DNA of 64,000 nucleotides, taken from an uncultured bacterium. Lineage in GTDB: Bacteria > Actinomycetota > Thermoleophilia > Solirubrobacterales > 70-9. The stretch lies in the NCBI GenBank assembly GCA_963720685.1, contig CAVRGF010000008.1, positions 89 to 64,088 of the forward strand, given 5' to 3'. Each line of letters begins with the position of its first letter. Position 1 is the first letter of the stretch. This document shows positions 18,804 to 28,802 of this stretch, one piece after another. The notes below the pieces were generated by a model that saw only the letters and a program-made list of their open reading frames with translations, did no database searches and was not told the origin of the DNA. The translations under genes and the position numbers were made by a program.

Positions 18804-21419
18804 CTACCTCTCCTGCGAAACAGCGATCGTGTCGTAATAGAAGCGCTCGAGCTGAGGCACGACCGCTTCGCGCGTGTAGCGGCTCGCCCGTTCCTTCGCC
18901 TCATGGCCGAGGCGCTCGCGCAGCGCCGCGTCGTCGATCAGTCGGGCCATCGCCACGGCGAGGGCCCTGGAGTCCCCTCCGGGAACCAAGAACCCGGTCT
19001 CACCGTCGTCGATCATGTCCTCATGGCCACCGGGCGTCGTGCCGATCACCGGCCGGCCGTTGCTCATCGCCTCGTGGACCACGGTCGCGAGCGGCTCGGG
19101 CCACTTGCTGGGAAACACTCCGAAGAGCGCCCTCTCCCACATCGCCATCACGGTCGCATGGGGAACGGCGGTCAGGGCCGTGATGCCCTCCGGAAAGCGT
19201 TCCGGAGAGTCCGGCGTCTTGATTCCCACCATCACCAGCGGAGGCGGATCCTCGAGGCCCTCGTAGGCGGCGATCAGCTCGTCGATTCCCTTCAGTCGCC
19301 TGAACGCCCCGACGAACAGGATGAACGGCTCTCCAGGCAGTTGATCGAGAATCTCCTTGTCGACCGGCACCTCGGCCTCGTCCACGTGGAAGTTGGGGAT
19401 CACCACAGACGGCACGCCCGGGATGTCGAGGTCGCGGTTCAACACCGAGGCCACGTAGTGGCTGACGCTGTGGATGGCGGATGTCTTTCGCCGCAGCAGG
19501 GGCCGGACGCCCAAGACGCTTGCAGCGGCGACCGAGCCCTTTGCCAATCCACGCCCCGACGTCGAGCAGGCGAGGCACTTCGCGGGGGCTGGGCCCGAGC
19601 AGATCTCCGTTCCGCGCACCATGGTGCGCATTGCGCAGACGTTCCCGTACTCATGCCCCCAGATCACGAGCGGAATCCGCTTTCCGATCAGCGCCGCCGC
19701 CGCCGAGTGGGCAAGCCATCCGTAGGCGGGGACGAGGTCGGGCTTGAAGTCGTTGATCAGGCGCCGCAGGTGCCACACGGCCTCGGGGTCGGGAAACGGG
19801 GGTGGGGTGTGCCGGCGCGGGTCCTCTGAGATCCAGCGCATTCGGCTGGGCAGGTCGCGGATGCGGTGAATCTCGACCCCGCCGGCCTCCTCGAAGGCCG
19901 GGGCGTCGGCATGCCACGCGGTGGCGATCGCCACCTTGTGCCCCAGCCGAACGAGCTCCTCGGCGAAGAGCTCGATGCAGCGCCCCGCGCCCCCGATGTA
20001 GGGACGGTACTCGTCACTGACCATCAGCACCCGCAGCGAGGAGGGCGGGGCAGGGGCGATGCGCGGAGGGGTCGCTCCGGATCGACGCCTTCGCCGTTGA
20101 TGCCAGCGGCTCCGCGCGTAGGCGAGCGGTCCGTAGGCCATTCCGCGAAGCTCCAGGCGGACGAGCGGTGCCGGGAAGTCCGCCTGCCGACCGGCGTTCT
20201 TCGCCGAGCTCGGAGAGAGCGCGAAGGCGACGCCCTTGGGGAGCTTTCGCAGCAGGTCGCCGAGCAGCGAGGGGTGGGTGACGATCGCCTTCGTCAGGCA
20301 CGCGGTGAGACCGATCCCGTAGCCCCACACCCTCTGCTCGAGCTCGTGGTAGTCGCGCGGATGGGCATGCCAGACGATCGCCGCGGGCTCGTGAACGACC
20401 TGGCGTTCGGCGAGCAACACGCGGAAGAGGGCCTCGATGTCATCGCCGTCATGGGCCAGCGTGCCGGGGCCCAGGGCGGGATCGAATCCACCCTGCGCCA
20501 GCAGCAGGTCGCGGCGGAAGGCCATGTTTCGCCCCGCGCCGAGGTCGCCGACGTTGAACGGGAAGAGCGGTTGGTCCGCGGGCGGATCCAGGAGGTCGTA
20601 GACGCGAGTCTCGAAGCCCCGTGCTCGCCCCCCGAAGCCCTCAACCCACCGTTGGGCCGGGGTCTCGAGGGCGCCGGGGAGTGTCATTCCCGAGGTCGCT
20701 CCCACCCGATCGCCGCGTCCGAACGGGGCGATCAGCGTGACGAGCCAGTCGCGGTCCACCTCGACATCGTCGTCGGCGAAGACGACGATCTCTCCGCTTG
20801 CCTCGTCGAGCCCCCGGTTGCGGGCATTCGAGAGTCCGGGCTCGGGCTCGCGGACCACGCGAACCGCGACCTCGCCGTCGAACTCCGCTGCGGCGATGCC
20901 CACTGCCGCGTCGGCCTCCGAGGCGTTGTCGACCACGATCACCTCGAGGCGCTCGGCCGGATATCGGCAGCTCAGGATCGAGCCCAGGGTCATCCGCACC
21001 GAATCCGGGCGGTTGCGAGTGCAGATGACGACCGAGAGAGAGGGGGCGTCGCGCAGAAGCTCGTCACGCGCCGCGGCGCACGGAGGCGGCTCGGGGCCGG
21101 CGATCCCCTCGGCGGTGACGTCGCTTCGCGGGAGATCGTCGCCGCCGAGATGCCTAGTCACCTCCGGGCTCAGCTCGGATCGGATCCGGGCTGCCAGCTG
21201 GTCAGCCGAGAGCCCGCCCTCGGGGAGCTCGACCTGGATCAGGCCGAGCGGCTTTCCGTGAAGGCGGACCAGGCACAACGACGACGCGAACGAGATGTCC
21301 TGTCCCGGGCCGCCGGAGGAGAGTTCCGGCAGGGCCGCGCCCAGCTCGACGTCGTCCATTCGCACCGGCGCGAACCCCGGCGACTCCGGCTCGGCTCGAT
21401 GGCGCTCGACGACGCTCAT
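18804..21419 (-). CDS. Bifunctional glycosyltransferase: N-terminal GT2 domain fused to C-terminal GT4 domain
   Basis: Starting at ATG 21419 (ATGA overlap with the upstream stop) gives 871 aa. GT2 motifs: LSVVICTRNRP ... VVDNAS ... FADDDV. GT4 motifs: LRVLMVSDEYRPYIGGAG ... EPLATVVHEAMSNGRPVIG (ExxxxxxxE). The 1091-aa track ORF N-terminus is discarded. Confidence 0.8.
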   Translation of the reverse strand: MSVVERHRAEPESPGFAPVRMDDVELGAALPELSSGGPGQDISFASSLCLVRLHGKPLGLIQVELPEGGLSADQLAARIRSELSPEVTRHLGGDDLPRSDVTAEGIAGPEPPPCAAARDELLRDAPSLSVVICTRNRPDSVRMTLGSILSCRYPAERLEVIVVDNASEADAAVGIAAAEFDGEVAVRVVREPEPGLSNARNRGLDEASGEIVVFADDDVEVDRDWLVTLIAPFGRGDRVGATSGMTLPGALETPAQRWVEGFGGRARGFETRVYDLLDPPADQPLFPFNVGDLGAGRNMAFRRDLLLAQGGFDPALGPGTLAHDGDDIEALFRVLLAERQVVHEPAAIVWHAHPRDYHELEQRVWGYGIGLTACLTKAIVTHPSLLGDLLRKLPKGVAFALSPSSAKNAGRQADFPAPLVRLELRGMAYGPLAYARSRWHQRRRRRSGATPPRIAPAPPSSLRVLMVSDEYRPYIGGAGRCIELFAEELVRLGHKVAIATAWHADAPAFEEAGGVEIHRIRDLPSRMRWISEDPRRHTPPPFPDPEAVWHLRRLINDFKPDLVPAYGWLAHSAAAALIGKRIPLVIWGHEYGNVCAMRTMVRGTEICSGPAPAKCLACSTSGRGLAKGSVAAASVLGVRPLLRRKTSAIHSVSHYVASVLNRDLDIPGVPSVVIPNFHVDEAEVPVDKEILDQLPGEPFILFVGAFRRLKGIDELIAAYEGLEDPPPLVMVGIKTPDSPERFPEGITALTAVPHATVMAMWERALFGVFPSKWPEPLATVVHEAMSNGRPVIGTTPGGHEDMIDDGETGFLVPGGDSRALAVAMARLIDDAALRERLGHEAKERASRYTREAVVPQLERFYYDTIAVSQER

Positions 21420-22423
21420 CGCCGGATCACTGCCTGAAGCGGAGCGGCGAGCCGGGCGTGGAGGAAGCCGAAGGCGCTCGACGCGACCCCGACGACGATC
21501 GCCAGGGCGCGAAGACCGCCGTTCGGGTCGCCGTCCAGGAGCTGACGCAGGCCCCGCGCGATGCCACGCGGCAGCACGACGCCGAGATGGCGGCGCTCGG
21601 AGCTGAGCCCGTCGCGAGATCCCACGAACGCGGCGAGCCGGGCCTTTCCAGCACCCTCTTCGAAGCTGCGCCGAAGAAAGTAGGAGAGCGATGCGCGCTC
21701 TCGCGTCACCGTGTGATGCACCTTGGCCTCGGGCTCGTACAGCCAGATGAACTCCGGCCAGCGCTGCTTGACGCGGATCGCCAGGTCGGTGTCGTCGGGA
21801 ACGTTGCCCTGCGCACGCACCACCCCCCGTGAGCGGATCTCGCGCGGCTGCCCTCCGGCGCCCGCCTCGCGAAAGCCACCGATTTCCTCGAGGGTGCGCT
21901 TGCGCACCGCCATGTTGGCTCCGATCGGGTTGCGCACCGGGGAGAGGCGGTCGGGAAGGCCCGTATAGCTGCATCCGAAGACCCAATAGAACTCGGTGGG
22001 CAGCCACGCGGGCACCCCGTTCGCCCATCGGGGAAGCAGCGCACCGCCGGCTCCCACGGCCGTCGGATCGGCGAAGCACGCGGACAGGTGCTGGAGCCAG
22101 TCAGGCTCGGGTGCAGCGTCATCGTCGACGAATGCGACGATCGACCCCTTGGCGGCGGCTATGCCGGCGTTGCGCGCCCCGGCGAGGCCGCGGGCGTGAC
22201 CGTTCTCGATCACGGTGGCCGACGGGAACTCCGCATTTGCCGCGGCCAACAGCCGGGGGTTGTGGTCGACGACCACGATCACCTCGACCGGAGCGGCGGT
22301 CTGGTCGCCGAGCGCGGCCAGGCAGGCGCAAAGGTCGTCCCAGCGCGCCTGATCGAAGGTGGCGACGACGACTGACACGTCGACTTGGCGGGCGTCGACA
22401 AGGGGGGTCACATCAGCACTCAT
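21416..22423 (-). CDS. GT2-family glycosyltransferase
   Basis: Starting at ATG 22423 (MSADVTPLVDARQVDVSVVVATFDQ..) gives 335 aa, with VVVDHN and FVDDDA (DxD). It is the first gene of a five-gene overlapping operon. Confidence 0.8.
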   Translation of the reverse strand: MSADVTPLVDARQVDVSVVVATFDQARWDDLCACLAALGDQTAAPVEVIVVVDHNPRLLAAANAEFPSATVIENGHARGLAGARNAGIAAAKGSIVAFVDDDAAPEPDWLQHLSACFADPTAVGAGGALLPRWANGVPAWLPTEFYWVFGCSYTGLPDRLSPVRNPIGANMAVRKRTLEEIGGFREAGAGGQPREIRSRGVVRAQGNVPDDTDLAIRVKQRWPEFIWLYEPEAKVHHTVTRERASLSYFLRRSFEEGAGKARLAAFVGSRDGLSSERRHLGVVLPRGIARGLRQLLDGDPNGGLRALAIVVGVASSAFGFLHARLAAPLQAVIRR

Positions 22424-22544
22424 CGGCCGGAAGGTACCGGCCCATGAGCGGGCTCCATGCGGGCCTTGCTGGCCTGGCGTTCCGTGCCCATCTCCTGCTG
22501 GCGCGAAGTGACCGAGAACATGCAGGACGCCTATCCTCGGCGGG

Positions 22545-23444
22545 GTGCTGGGAGCGTCCCACCGAAGCTCGGAGCGCGTCCGCCGCGACCGGCTCGCCGG
22601 TGGGCTCGAGGTCCCGTCGCTCGGGCTCGGGGCGGGGCTCGACGTGCAGTGGCTCGGGGTCTCGGGATACAGGCTCACCTACGAGGGCGTCTCGTTGTTC
22701 ATCGACCCCTACGTATCCCGGGTGCCCCTCCGGACGCTGATCACCCGGCGCGCGGCGGTGCCCGACCGCGCCATGCTCGACCGCTACATCTCCGCGCCCG
22801 GCCCGGTGGCTGGGGTGCTGGTCGGCCACACCCACTTCGACCACGCCGTCGACGCGCCCGCGATAGCGAGGCGCTTTGGGGCCAGGGCGTACGGCTCAGC
22901 GTCGCTTCTTCGCCTCATGGATCTGCATGGGCTCGCCGGCCTCGCGGTCGAGGTGGCTCCCCATCGGCCGTACGAGCTCGGGCCGTTCGTGGCCACCTTC
23001 GTTCCGAGCCGTCACTCGAAGCTCCTGTTCGGGCGCCGCGTGCCGTTCGACGGCGAGCTCACCTGCGATCACCTCGACGGCCTCTCGCCCAGCGCCTACA
23101 GGTGCGGCCAGGTCTGGGGGATCCGGATCGAGGTCGCCGGGATCAGCCTCTACCACCAGGGGAGCGCCAACCTGGACGACGACGAGCTCTCGAGCGATCG
23201 GGTCGACGTGTTCCTGGCGGGGGTCGCCGGCCGTACGGTCACCCCGCGCTACTGGGAGCGGATCCTCCCTCGGCTCGATCCGCGGATCGTCGTACCGACC
23301 CACTACGACAACTTCTTCGCGCCGCTCGGGCGAGAGCCGAAGCTGATGCGTCGCGTCGGGCTGGACGCCGTTCCCGAGGAGGTGGCGGCGGTATCGGCGG
23401 ACGCGAGGGTGGCGGCCCTGCCGCGGGTCGACGAGGGCGGGTAG
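22545..23444 (+). CDS. MBL-fold metallo-hydrolase
   Basis: 299 aa, GTG start. Contains VLVGHTHFDHAVD (HxHxDH) and later PTHYD. Confidence 0.75.
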   Translation: MLGASHRSSERVRRDRLAGGLEVPSLGLGAGLDVQWLGVSGYRLTYEGVSLFIDPYVSRVPLRTLITRRAAVPDRAMLDRYISAPGPVAGVLVGHTHFDHAVDAPAIARRFGARAYGSASLLRLMDLHGLAGLAVEVAPHRPYELGPFVATFVPSRHSKLLFGRRVPFDGELTCDHLDGLSPSAYRCGQVWGIRIEVAGISLYHQGSANLDDDELSSDRVDVFLAGVAGRTVTPRYWERILPRLDPRIVVPTHYDNFFAPLGREPKLMRRVGLDAVPEEVAAVSADARVAALPRVDEGG

Positions 23445-23558
23445 CCCGCCGCGCGCCGCCTTGCGCGGGCCCCGACAGCGCTCCCGTCTGCGCGTGGCGG
23501 TCGAGGAACCGCGATTTGGCGACGGCTACGCGGGCTGTGGGAGTCTGTACACGAGAGG

Positions 23559-23747
23559 CTGGTCACTGCCGACCATGACAACACCGTGTACGTCTACGAC
23601 AACCTGGCCGTGTGGCTCCAGAACGCCGGCTACTACACGGGAGTGATCGGCAAGTACCTGAACCAGTACTCGGCCTCGGACGGGGTGCCGCCCGGCTGGT
23701 CGGACTGGGAGGTCGCCACCCCGCACGAGCAGGCCGTCTACGACTAG
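23559..23747 (+). pseudogene. Internal fragment of a sulfatase gene
   Basis: The frame ending TAG 23745-23747 reads LVTADHDNTVYVYDNLAVWLQNAGYYTGVIGKYLNQYSASDGVPPGWSDWEV.. The pattern L...GY.T..iGKylN.Y....vPPGW..W is characteristic of type I sulfatases. There is no start codon, no CxPxR region and no C-terminal part. Confidence 0.45.
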
Positions 23748-23855
23748 CGACGAACCGGACGGGATCCGGGTTCCTTCCAGGCCCCCCGGGCTCACCTTCC
23801 CAAGATCTCACCTCGACATCCCGGCGCCAGCCGCGCCGGGCAACGTCGACGACGC

Positions 23856-26800
23856 CTACCCCCCGGGGCTGGTGTCGACCTCGGCCGGGTAGCCGACGTT
23901 CCCGGCCGGGTCCACGGCGCGGATCGCGACGTAGCGCTGGTGGGTGCGCAGGTCGTAGGTCTGCTTCGTTCCGACCGCCTTCGGCTTCAGGTTCGGCGAC
24001 GGAAGGCGCTTTGCCGCGGCGAAGTTGTGCGCCGTGATCGGATGCGCCGAGGTCGCGATCTCGTAGTGGCCGGCCTTGCCGCAGTTGAAGTTGCCGCCCG
24101 GCGCCTTCCAGCGGAGCGTTCGGCTGCCGGCGGAGAGGGCGGTGGGTGTCGAGGGCGGGGTGCCGTCGGCGTTGTAGTTGCCGGTCTGGTGCGGGTCGTG
24201 GCGGAACTGGGCCCACTCGGTTTGGCATTTGGCGAGCTTCGGGAGCTTCCACTCGAACAGGTAGCCCTCGCGGGTGATGTCGGCCATACGCCCGTCGTTT
24301 GAGAAGGCGGCTGGCGCGAACAGCCAACCCCCGGTCACCTTCGGGAATCCCCCGATGTCCATCCCCGTCGTGCCGTCGTAGGCATGGAGCTGCCCGAGGC
24401 CGGTTCCGGCGACGACCTGGTTGTCGGCCGCGGTCTTGTCGACCCTGGCGATGTCCGAGGAGGACAGGAACTGGAAATCGTCCGTGATCCGCGGCCAGGC
24501 GGGAAGCGGCGCGCCGGTGGTCGAGTCGTAGGCGCCGATCAGGTGGTTGTAGGGGGCGTTCTGGCCAGACAGCAGCAGGTTCGCAACGTCGCTGAGCGAG
24601 AGCCCGTACTTGACCATGTCGAGCGTGCCGCCGGGAATCAGCTTGCCCAGCACCGCCGATTCGAAGAGGTTGATCGTGCCGCTTCGGTCAGTCGCGTTCG
24701 AGCCCGGTCCGTAGGCGCCCTGCTGGACGGCTCGGATCTGGTCGCCGGAGGCGTTGAACTCCTCGATCGTCGCCGAGCCGGTGGTCGAGGCGACGATCAC
24801 CGGCTGGCCGCCGATTCTGGCGACGGCCGGGTTCTGCCCCGGTCCGATCAGGGGCAGCGTCGACTGTATCGCGCCGTCGAGCTCGACCGGCCACCCCGGT
24901 ACGAACGGGCCGCCGTTGTGGTCGTTGCCCTTCGGCCACACCGCATACAGGCGTGAGGAGCCTCCGGCCGCACCGGCGAGCAGCGCCGAGAGACCCTGCG
25001 CTGGGTCCTGGACCGCGCCGTAGGTTTCGTTGGTCGCCGCGATGATCTCGTCGCGACCGTCACCGTTCAAGTCGACGATCGCCGGCTCGTTGATCGACTC
25101 GGCGATCATCTGCTGGTTCTGCGGCACGCTCGGGTCGACCAGCGCCACCGGGAAGCCGGGCAGCGGCTTGCCGTGGCGATCGAAGGCGTAGAGGTGGCCG
25201 TCGAGCGAGGGCGCAACGATGTCGAGCGGCTTGTTCGGCCCCTCAAGATGACCGACCGCGGGGCTGGACAGAAAGCCGCACTTCGGGTGGACCAGGGGCT
25301 GGCTTTCGAGGCCCGGGCCACAGAAGCTGAGCTTCGATGAGACCGGGAATCCAGGCACCGGCTTGCCGCTCGGCTCCCAGGCGTAGATGTGGGTTCCGGC
25401 CGTCTCGACGACCTCCGGTGCACCGTCGCCGTTCAGGTCGGCGACGACCGGGCCTCGCGGAGGCTCACGCGGAGGCGTTCCGCTCGCCACCAGGGTGTGG
25501 ACGCCGGCGGACGAGCCGTGGCCCGCGGCGGCGATCTGCGTCCGCGTGTGGACCGGCCATCCGGGAAGCTCGGATCCGTCCGGCCGATAGGCGTGGACCT
25601 TGCCGTCCTCGGTCGGGACGATCAGCTCCTGCTTGTTGTCGCCGTTCAGGTCCGCGTAGCGGATCGGCGCCTCGCCTCCGGTCCCCATCCGCTTCGGGAA
25701 GCCGCTCCGCAGGCTCGAGTCCCTTGCCGAGGTGAACACCCGCCGGTCGACGCCCGGGGTCGGGATCGACTGGCCGTTGACGACCAGGCGGACCGTGAAC
25801 TCGTGCTTGAAGGGGTTGGGCTCTCCGGGGGCGAACGTGGGTCCGCCGGAGTCGGCGGGCGGGGAGTAGCTCGAAAGCGCGCTCCGGACCTGGTTCAGGT
25901 CGATCGAGCCGAAGCTGGTCACGGTCGTCGTCGAATTGCCGCTCTTGGCCGTATGCCATGCCGTCGGCGCCTCGCCGGCGCCCCATTGGAGCTTCCAGCT
26001 GAAGCTGTGGCCGGTGGCGAAGCGGGCCCGGGCGAGTCCGCCGATCTTGAGGCTCGATCCGGTGAGCGGTGCGTACCAGTCCGGGGAGTCGATCGCCGCC
26101 TCCGGCGGGACCTTGCCCGCATCCGCGAGAGACACGGCGGCGCCGAGGTCGACCCGTCCCCATCCGAAGTGGGTCGTCCACTGGTTGATGCTCGGGGCGC
26201 TCGGGTTGGCGGCCGGGTCGGAGGTGCCGAGGCTGCCCGTATTGCCTGTGGTGACCCGCTCGGCGGTCTGCTCGAGGATCTCCCGGACCTCGTCGGGGCG
26301 AAGGGTCACCCCGGGGCTGGCGTCGCGGGCGGCGCTGATCACCATCGCAGCCGCCCCCGCCGCCTTGCCGGTGTTCTCCGAGCCCGTCGTTCCCTCCATC
26401 GAGATCGAGCTCTTGCCGCCGTACTGGGTGGTGTTCGCGCCCCGGAAGTAGGTGGCGGCGGGGACCGAGGTTCCGGGACATCCAACCGGCGCCGGAATAG
26501 GGGCGCAGAGCCCCTGGAGAGCCTGGGCCGTCTGGTTGCCCGCGTCCTCTCCGAGCCCGATCGTGTCCGGGACGGTGCCCTGGATCAGCATCGCATGGCC
26601 GTAGTTGGCGGGATAGTTGTGATTGCCGGTGTTGAGGTCGTCCCCGGAGTAGGTCTGGACCACACCGTGGTCGTAGGCGTACTGGGAGGCGGCCTCGGCG
26701 AAGGCCGAGTGGTAGACGGATCCGTTCGCGCCCTCGATCACCGAGACGCCGCTGTCGGTCGCGAACAGCATCCCGAGGGCGAACGAGTTGCCGTCGGAGA

Positions 26801-27734
26801 CGAAGGTGTCCCAGGTGCGGACCGGCAGGATCTGGCAGCGGGGGCAGACACCGATACCGCCAGAACCGTCGTTGCCGCGCTCGGCGGCATTCTCGGCGCG
26901 GCCCGTGCCGTGGTTGGCGGCGGCGAAGTAGCTCGAAGCGTCGTAGGGGTTGTTGTCGTTGTCGAAGAAGTCCCAGCCGGCGATATCGTCGACGTAGCCG
27001 TTGGAGTCGGCGTCGCTGCCGTCGGAGAAAGCGTGGATCAGGTCCTCGGCGGTGAGCGCACCCGCGGGACCGTGGCGGCCCGACCAGCTGACGCTGACCC
27101 GACTGTCGCAGACGTAGTCGAGGACGTTGAAGGCGCCGTCTCCGTTGGCGTCGTCGGTGTTCCCCATCGCGGAACAGCTCCCGGCCGGAACCGTTCCCGG
27201 GTCCGAGATCGCGCTCGATCGCGCGTGATTGGGGGTCGGCAGCTCGGCCTTGTTGAGGTGGATCTGGGTGCGAAGGGACCCGTTGTCCCACTTGATCCCG
27301 GTGTCGAGGATCGCAATCGTCACGTCCGTGCGGCCGCGCTCGAGCTTCCAGGCGCCCGAGGCGTTGAAGCCGGAGACCTGGGGCTTTCCGGTGTTCGGTC
27401 CGGTGAGGTAGGTGGCCGATGCCTGGGTTCGCGCCGACGGAAAGCCGAACAGGCCGAACGCTTCGTCGTAGATGTTCGTCGAGGGCGTGACCGTGCCGCC
27501 GTTCGCGGTCGAGTCCGGGTCGTCGGGCTCGGCGTAGTCGTAGCCGGCGTCGTTCGGGGTGTCGTCGCGCTGGACGCTCCCCGGAGCGAACTGCTGCGAG
27601 GTGTCGCTGGACGCCGGATTCTCGAAGTCGCGAGCGGCCGCGACGGCGCTCGCAACCGCGGCAGCGAGCAGCGCGCAGGCCCCCAAGGCCACCCACAGCA
27701 CACGCCACCTCCCCGGACGGGCCCGACGATGCAT
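23856..27734 (-). CDS. Secreted S8 (subtilisin-like) peptidase fused to FG-GAP/VCBS-like beta-propeller and C-terminal beta-rich domain
   Basis: 1292 aa with signal WRVLWVALGACALLAAAVASAVAAA. Asp box VTIAILDTGI and His box ANHGTGRA. At the Ser-box position the sequence reads MEGTTGSENTGKAAGAAAMV (see finding). Repeats DLNGD(N/G)xxE(L/V)(I/V) ... G(K/H)(V/I/L)YA(Y/W/F) .. G.(E/P)(L/V)PG(W/F)PV occur four or more times. Confidence 0.8.
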   Translation of the reverse strand: MHRRARPGRWRVLWVALGACALLAAAVASAVAAARDFENPASSDTSQQFAPGSVQRDDTPNDAGYDYAEPDDPDSTANGGTVTPSTNIYDEAFGLFGFPSARTQASATYLTGPNTGKPQVSGFNASGAWKLERGRTDVTIAILDTGIKWDNGSLRTQIHLNKAELPTPNHARSSAISDPGTVPAGSCSAMGNTDDANGDGAFNVLDYVCDSRVSVSWSGRHGPAGALTAEDLIHAFSDGSDADSNGYVDDIAGWDFFDNDNNPYDASSYFAAANHGTGRAENAAERGNDGSGGIGVCPRCQILPVRTWDTFVSDGNSFALGMLFATDSGVSVIEGANGSVYHSAFAEAASQYAYDHGVVQTYSGDDLNTGNHNYPANYGHAMLIQGTVPDTIGLGEDAGNQTAQALQGLCAPIPAPVGCPGTSVPAATYFRGANTTQYGGKSSISMEGTTGSENTGKAAGAAAMVISAARDASPGVTLRPDEVREILEQTAERVTTGNTGSLGTSDPAANPSAPSINQWTTHFGWGRVDLGAAVSLADAGKVPPEAAIDSPDWYAPLTGSSLKIGGLARARFATGHSFSWKLQWGAGEAPTAWHTAKSGNSTTTVTSFGSIDLNQVRSALSSYSPPADSGGPTFAPGEPNPFKHEFTVRLVVNGQSIPTPGVDRRVFTSARDSSLRSGFPKRMGTGGEAPIRYADLNGDNKQELIVPTEDGKVHAYRPDGSELPGWPVHTRTQIAAAGHGSSAGVHTLVASGTPPREPPRGPVVADLNGDGAPEVVETAGTHIYAWEPSGKPVPGFPVSSKLSFCGPGLESQPLVHPKCGFLSSPAVGHLEGPNKPLDIVAPSLDGHLYAFDRHGKPLPGFPVALVDPSVPQNQQMIAESINEPAIVDLNGDGRDEIIAATNETYGAVQDPAQGLSALLAGAAGGSSRLYAVWPKGNDHNGGPFVPGWPVELDGAIQSTLPLIGPGQNPAVARIGGQPVIVASTTGSATIEEFNASGDQIRAVQQGAYGPGSNATDRSGTINLFESAVLGKLIPGGTLDMVKYGLSLSDVANLLLSGQNAPYNHLIGAYDSTTGAPLPAWPRITDDFQFLSSSDIARVDKTAADNQVVAGTGLGQLHAYDGTTGMDIGGFPKVTGGWLFAPAAFSNDGRMADITREGYLFEWKLPKLAKCQTEWAQFRHDPHQTGNYNADGTPPSTPTALSAGSRTLRWKAPGGNFNCGKAGHYEIATSAHPITAHNFAAAKRLPSPNLKPKAVGTKQTYDLRTHQRYVAIRAVDPAGNVGYPAEVDTSPGG

Positions 27735-27877
27735 TGACGCGAGTCTAATTGCGGGACAGTGGCCGATGCGCCGGTCCCCTGACCATCATCGCCCCACCGC
27801 GCTCCCTGGCGCTGAATTCACCTGGCGGCGGGAATCGCATAGGTTTGAGCGGAGTCAGCTGCGAAAGGGGAGCGCCC

Positions 27878-28738
27878 GTGGAGAGCAAGAGCCTTGATCC
27901 CGTCGAGTTCCGTCACGGGCAGCGGCAGCAGTGGGACAGCGCCGCGAGGGGTTGGCGCAAGTGGTCTGAGCTGATCGACGGGGCGGCCAGCGGGATCAGC
28001 CGGCGCCTCGTCGAGCTTGCCGGCGTCGAGCCGGGGGACCGGGTCTTGGACGTCGCCGCGGGGTACGGCGAACCGAGCCTCACGGCGGCCACGACGGCCG
28101 GCCCCGATGGCAGCGTGGTGGCGATTGACATCTCCGCGGAGATGATCGCCTTCGGCCGGGAGCGCGCCCGCACGGCCGGGCTCCACAACATCGAGTTCGT
28201 CGAGTCGGATGCGGCGTCGCTGGAGTTCCCGGAGAGCAGCTTCGATGCCGCGATCTCGCGGTGGGGGATCATCTTCGAGCCCGACGGCGAGGCGGCGGCG
28301 GCACGGGTGCGCGGCTTTCTCAAGTCCGCCGCGCGGATGGCGATCAGCTCCTGGGGGTCGCCGGATAGGGTGCCGTTCCTGGCCATCCCGATGAGGACCG
28401 CGATGCAGCGACTCGAGGTTGCTCCACCCCCACCGGGAACGCCCGGCCCGCTCTCGCGACCGACACCCGAGGCGCTGGGCGGGTTGCTCACCGGCGCCGG
28501 GTTCTCCGATGTCGAGGTGGAGGAGGCCGACATCAGCTTCGAGTGGGAGTCCCCCGAGGACTTCACCACCTTCGTCAAGGAGATCGCCCCGCCGATCAAT
28601 GCGATCATCGACCCGCACCCGCCGGACGTGCAGGACGAGACCTGGACGGCCATTACCGACGCCGTCCGACAGGAGGCCGCCGGTGACGGGACCGTGAGGT
28701 TCCACAACATGGTCCTCCTGGCCGCGGGGACCGCCTGA
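27878..28738 (+). CDS. Class I SAM-dependent methyltransferase
   Basis: GTG 27878 is preceded by gaaaggggag. 286 aa. Motif I VLDVAAGYGEPS, plus VVAIDIS and later ISRWGIIF. Confidence 0.75.
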   Translation: MESKSLDPVEFRHGQRQQWDSAARGWRKWSELIDGAASGISRRLVELAGVEPGDRVLDVAAGYGEPSLTAATTAGPDGSVVAIDISAEMIAFGRERARTAGLHNIEFVESDAASLEFPESSFDAAISRWGIIFEPDGEAAAARVRGFLKSAARMAISSWGSPDRVPFLAIPMRTAMQRLEVAPPPPGTPGPLSRPTPEALGGLLTGAGFSDVEVEEADISFEWESPEDFTTFVKEIAPPINAIIDPHPPDVQDETWTAITDAVRQEAAGDGTVRFHNMVLLAAGTA

Positions 28739-28802
28739 CGCTACGAAACTTCGTGACCAGCTGATGGTGCGTAGCTCCTGCTGAGGCGCGCACGCCCCGG
28801 CG

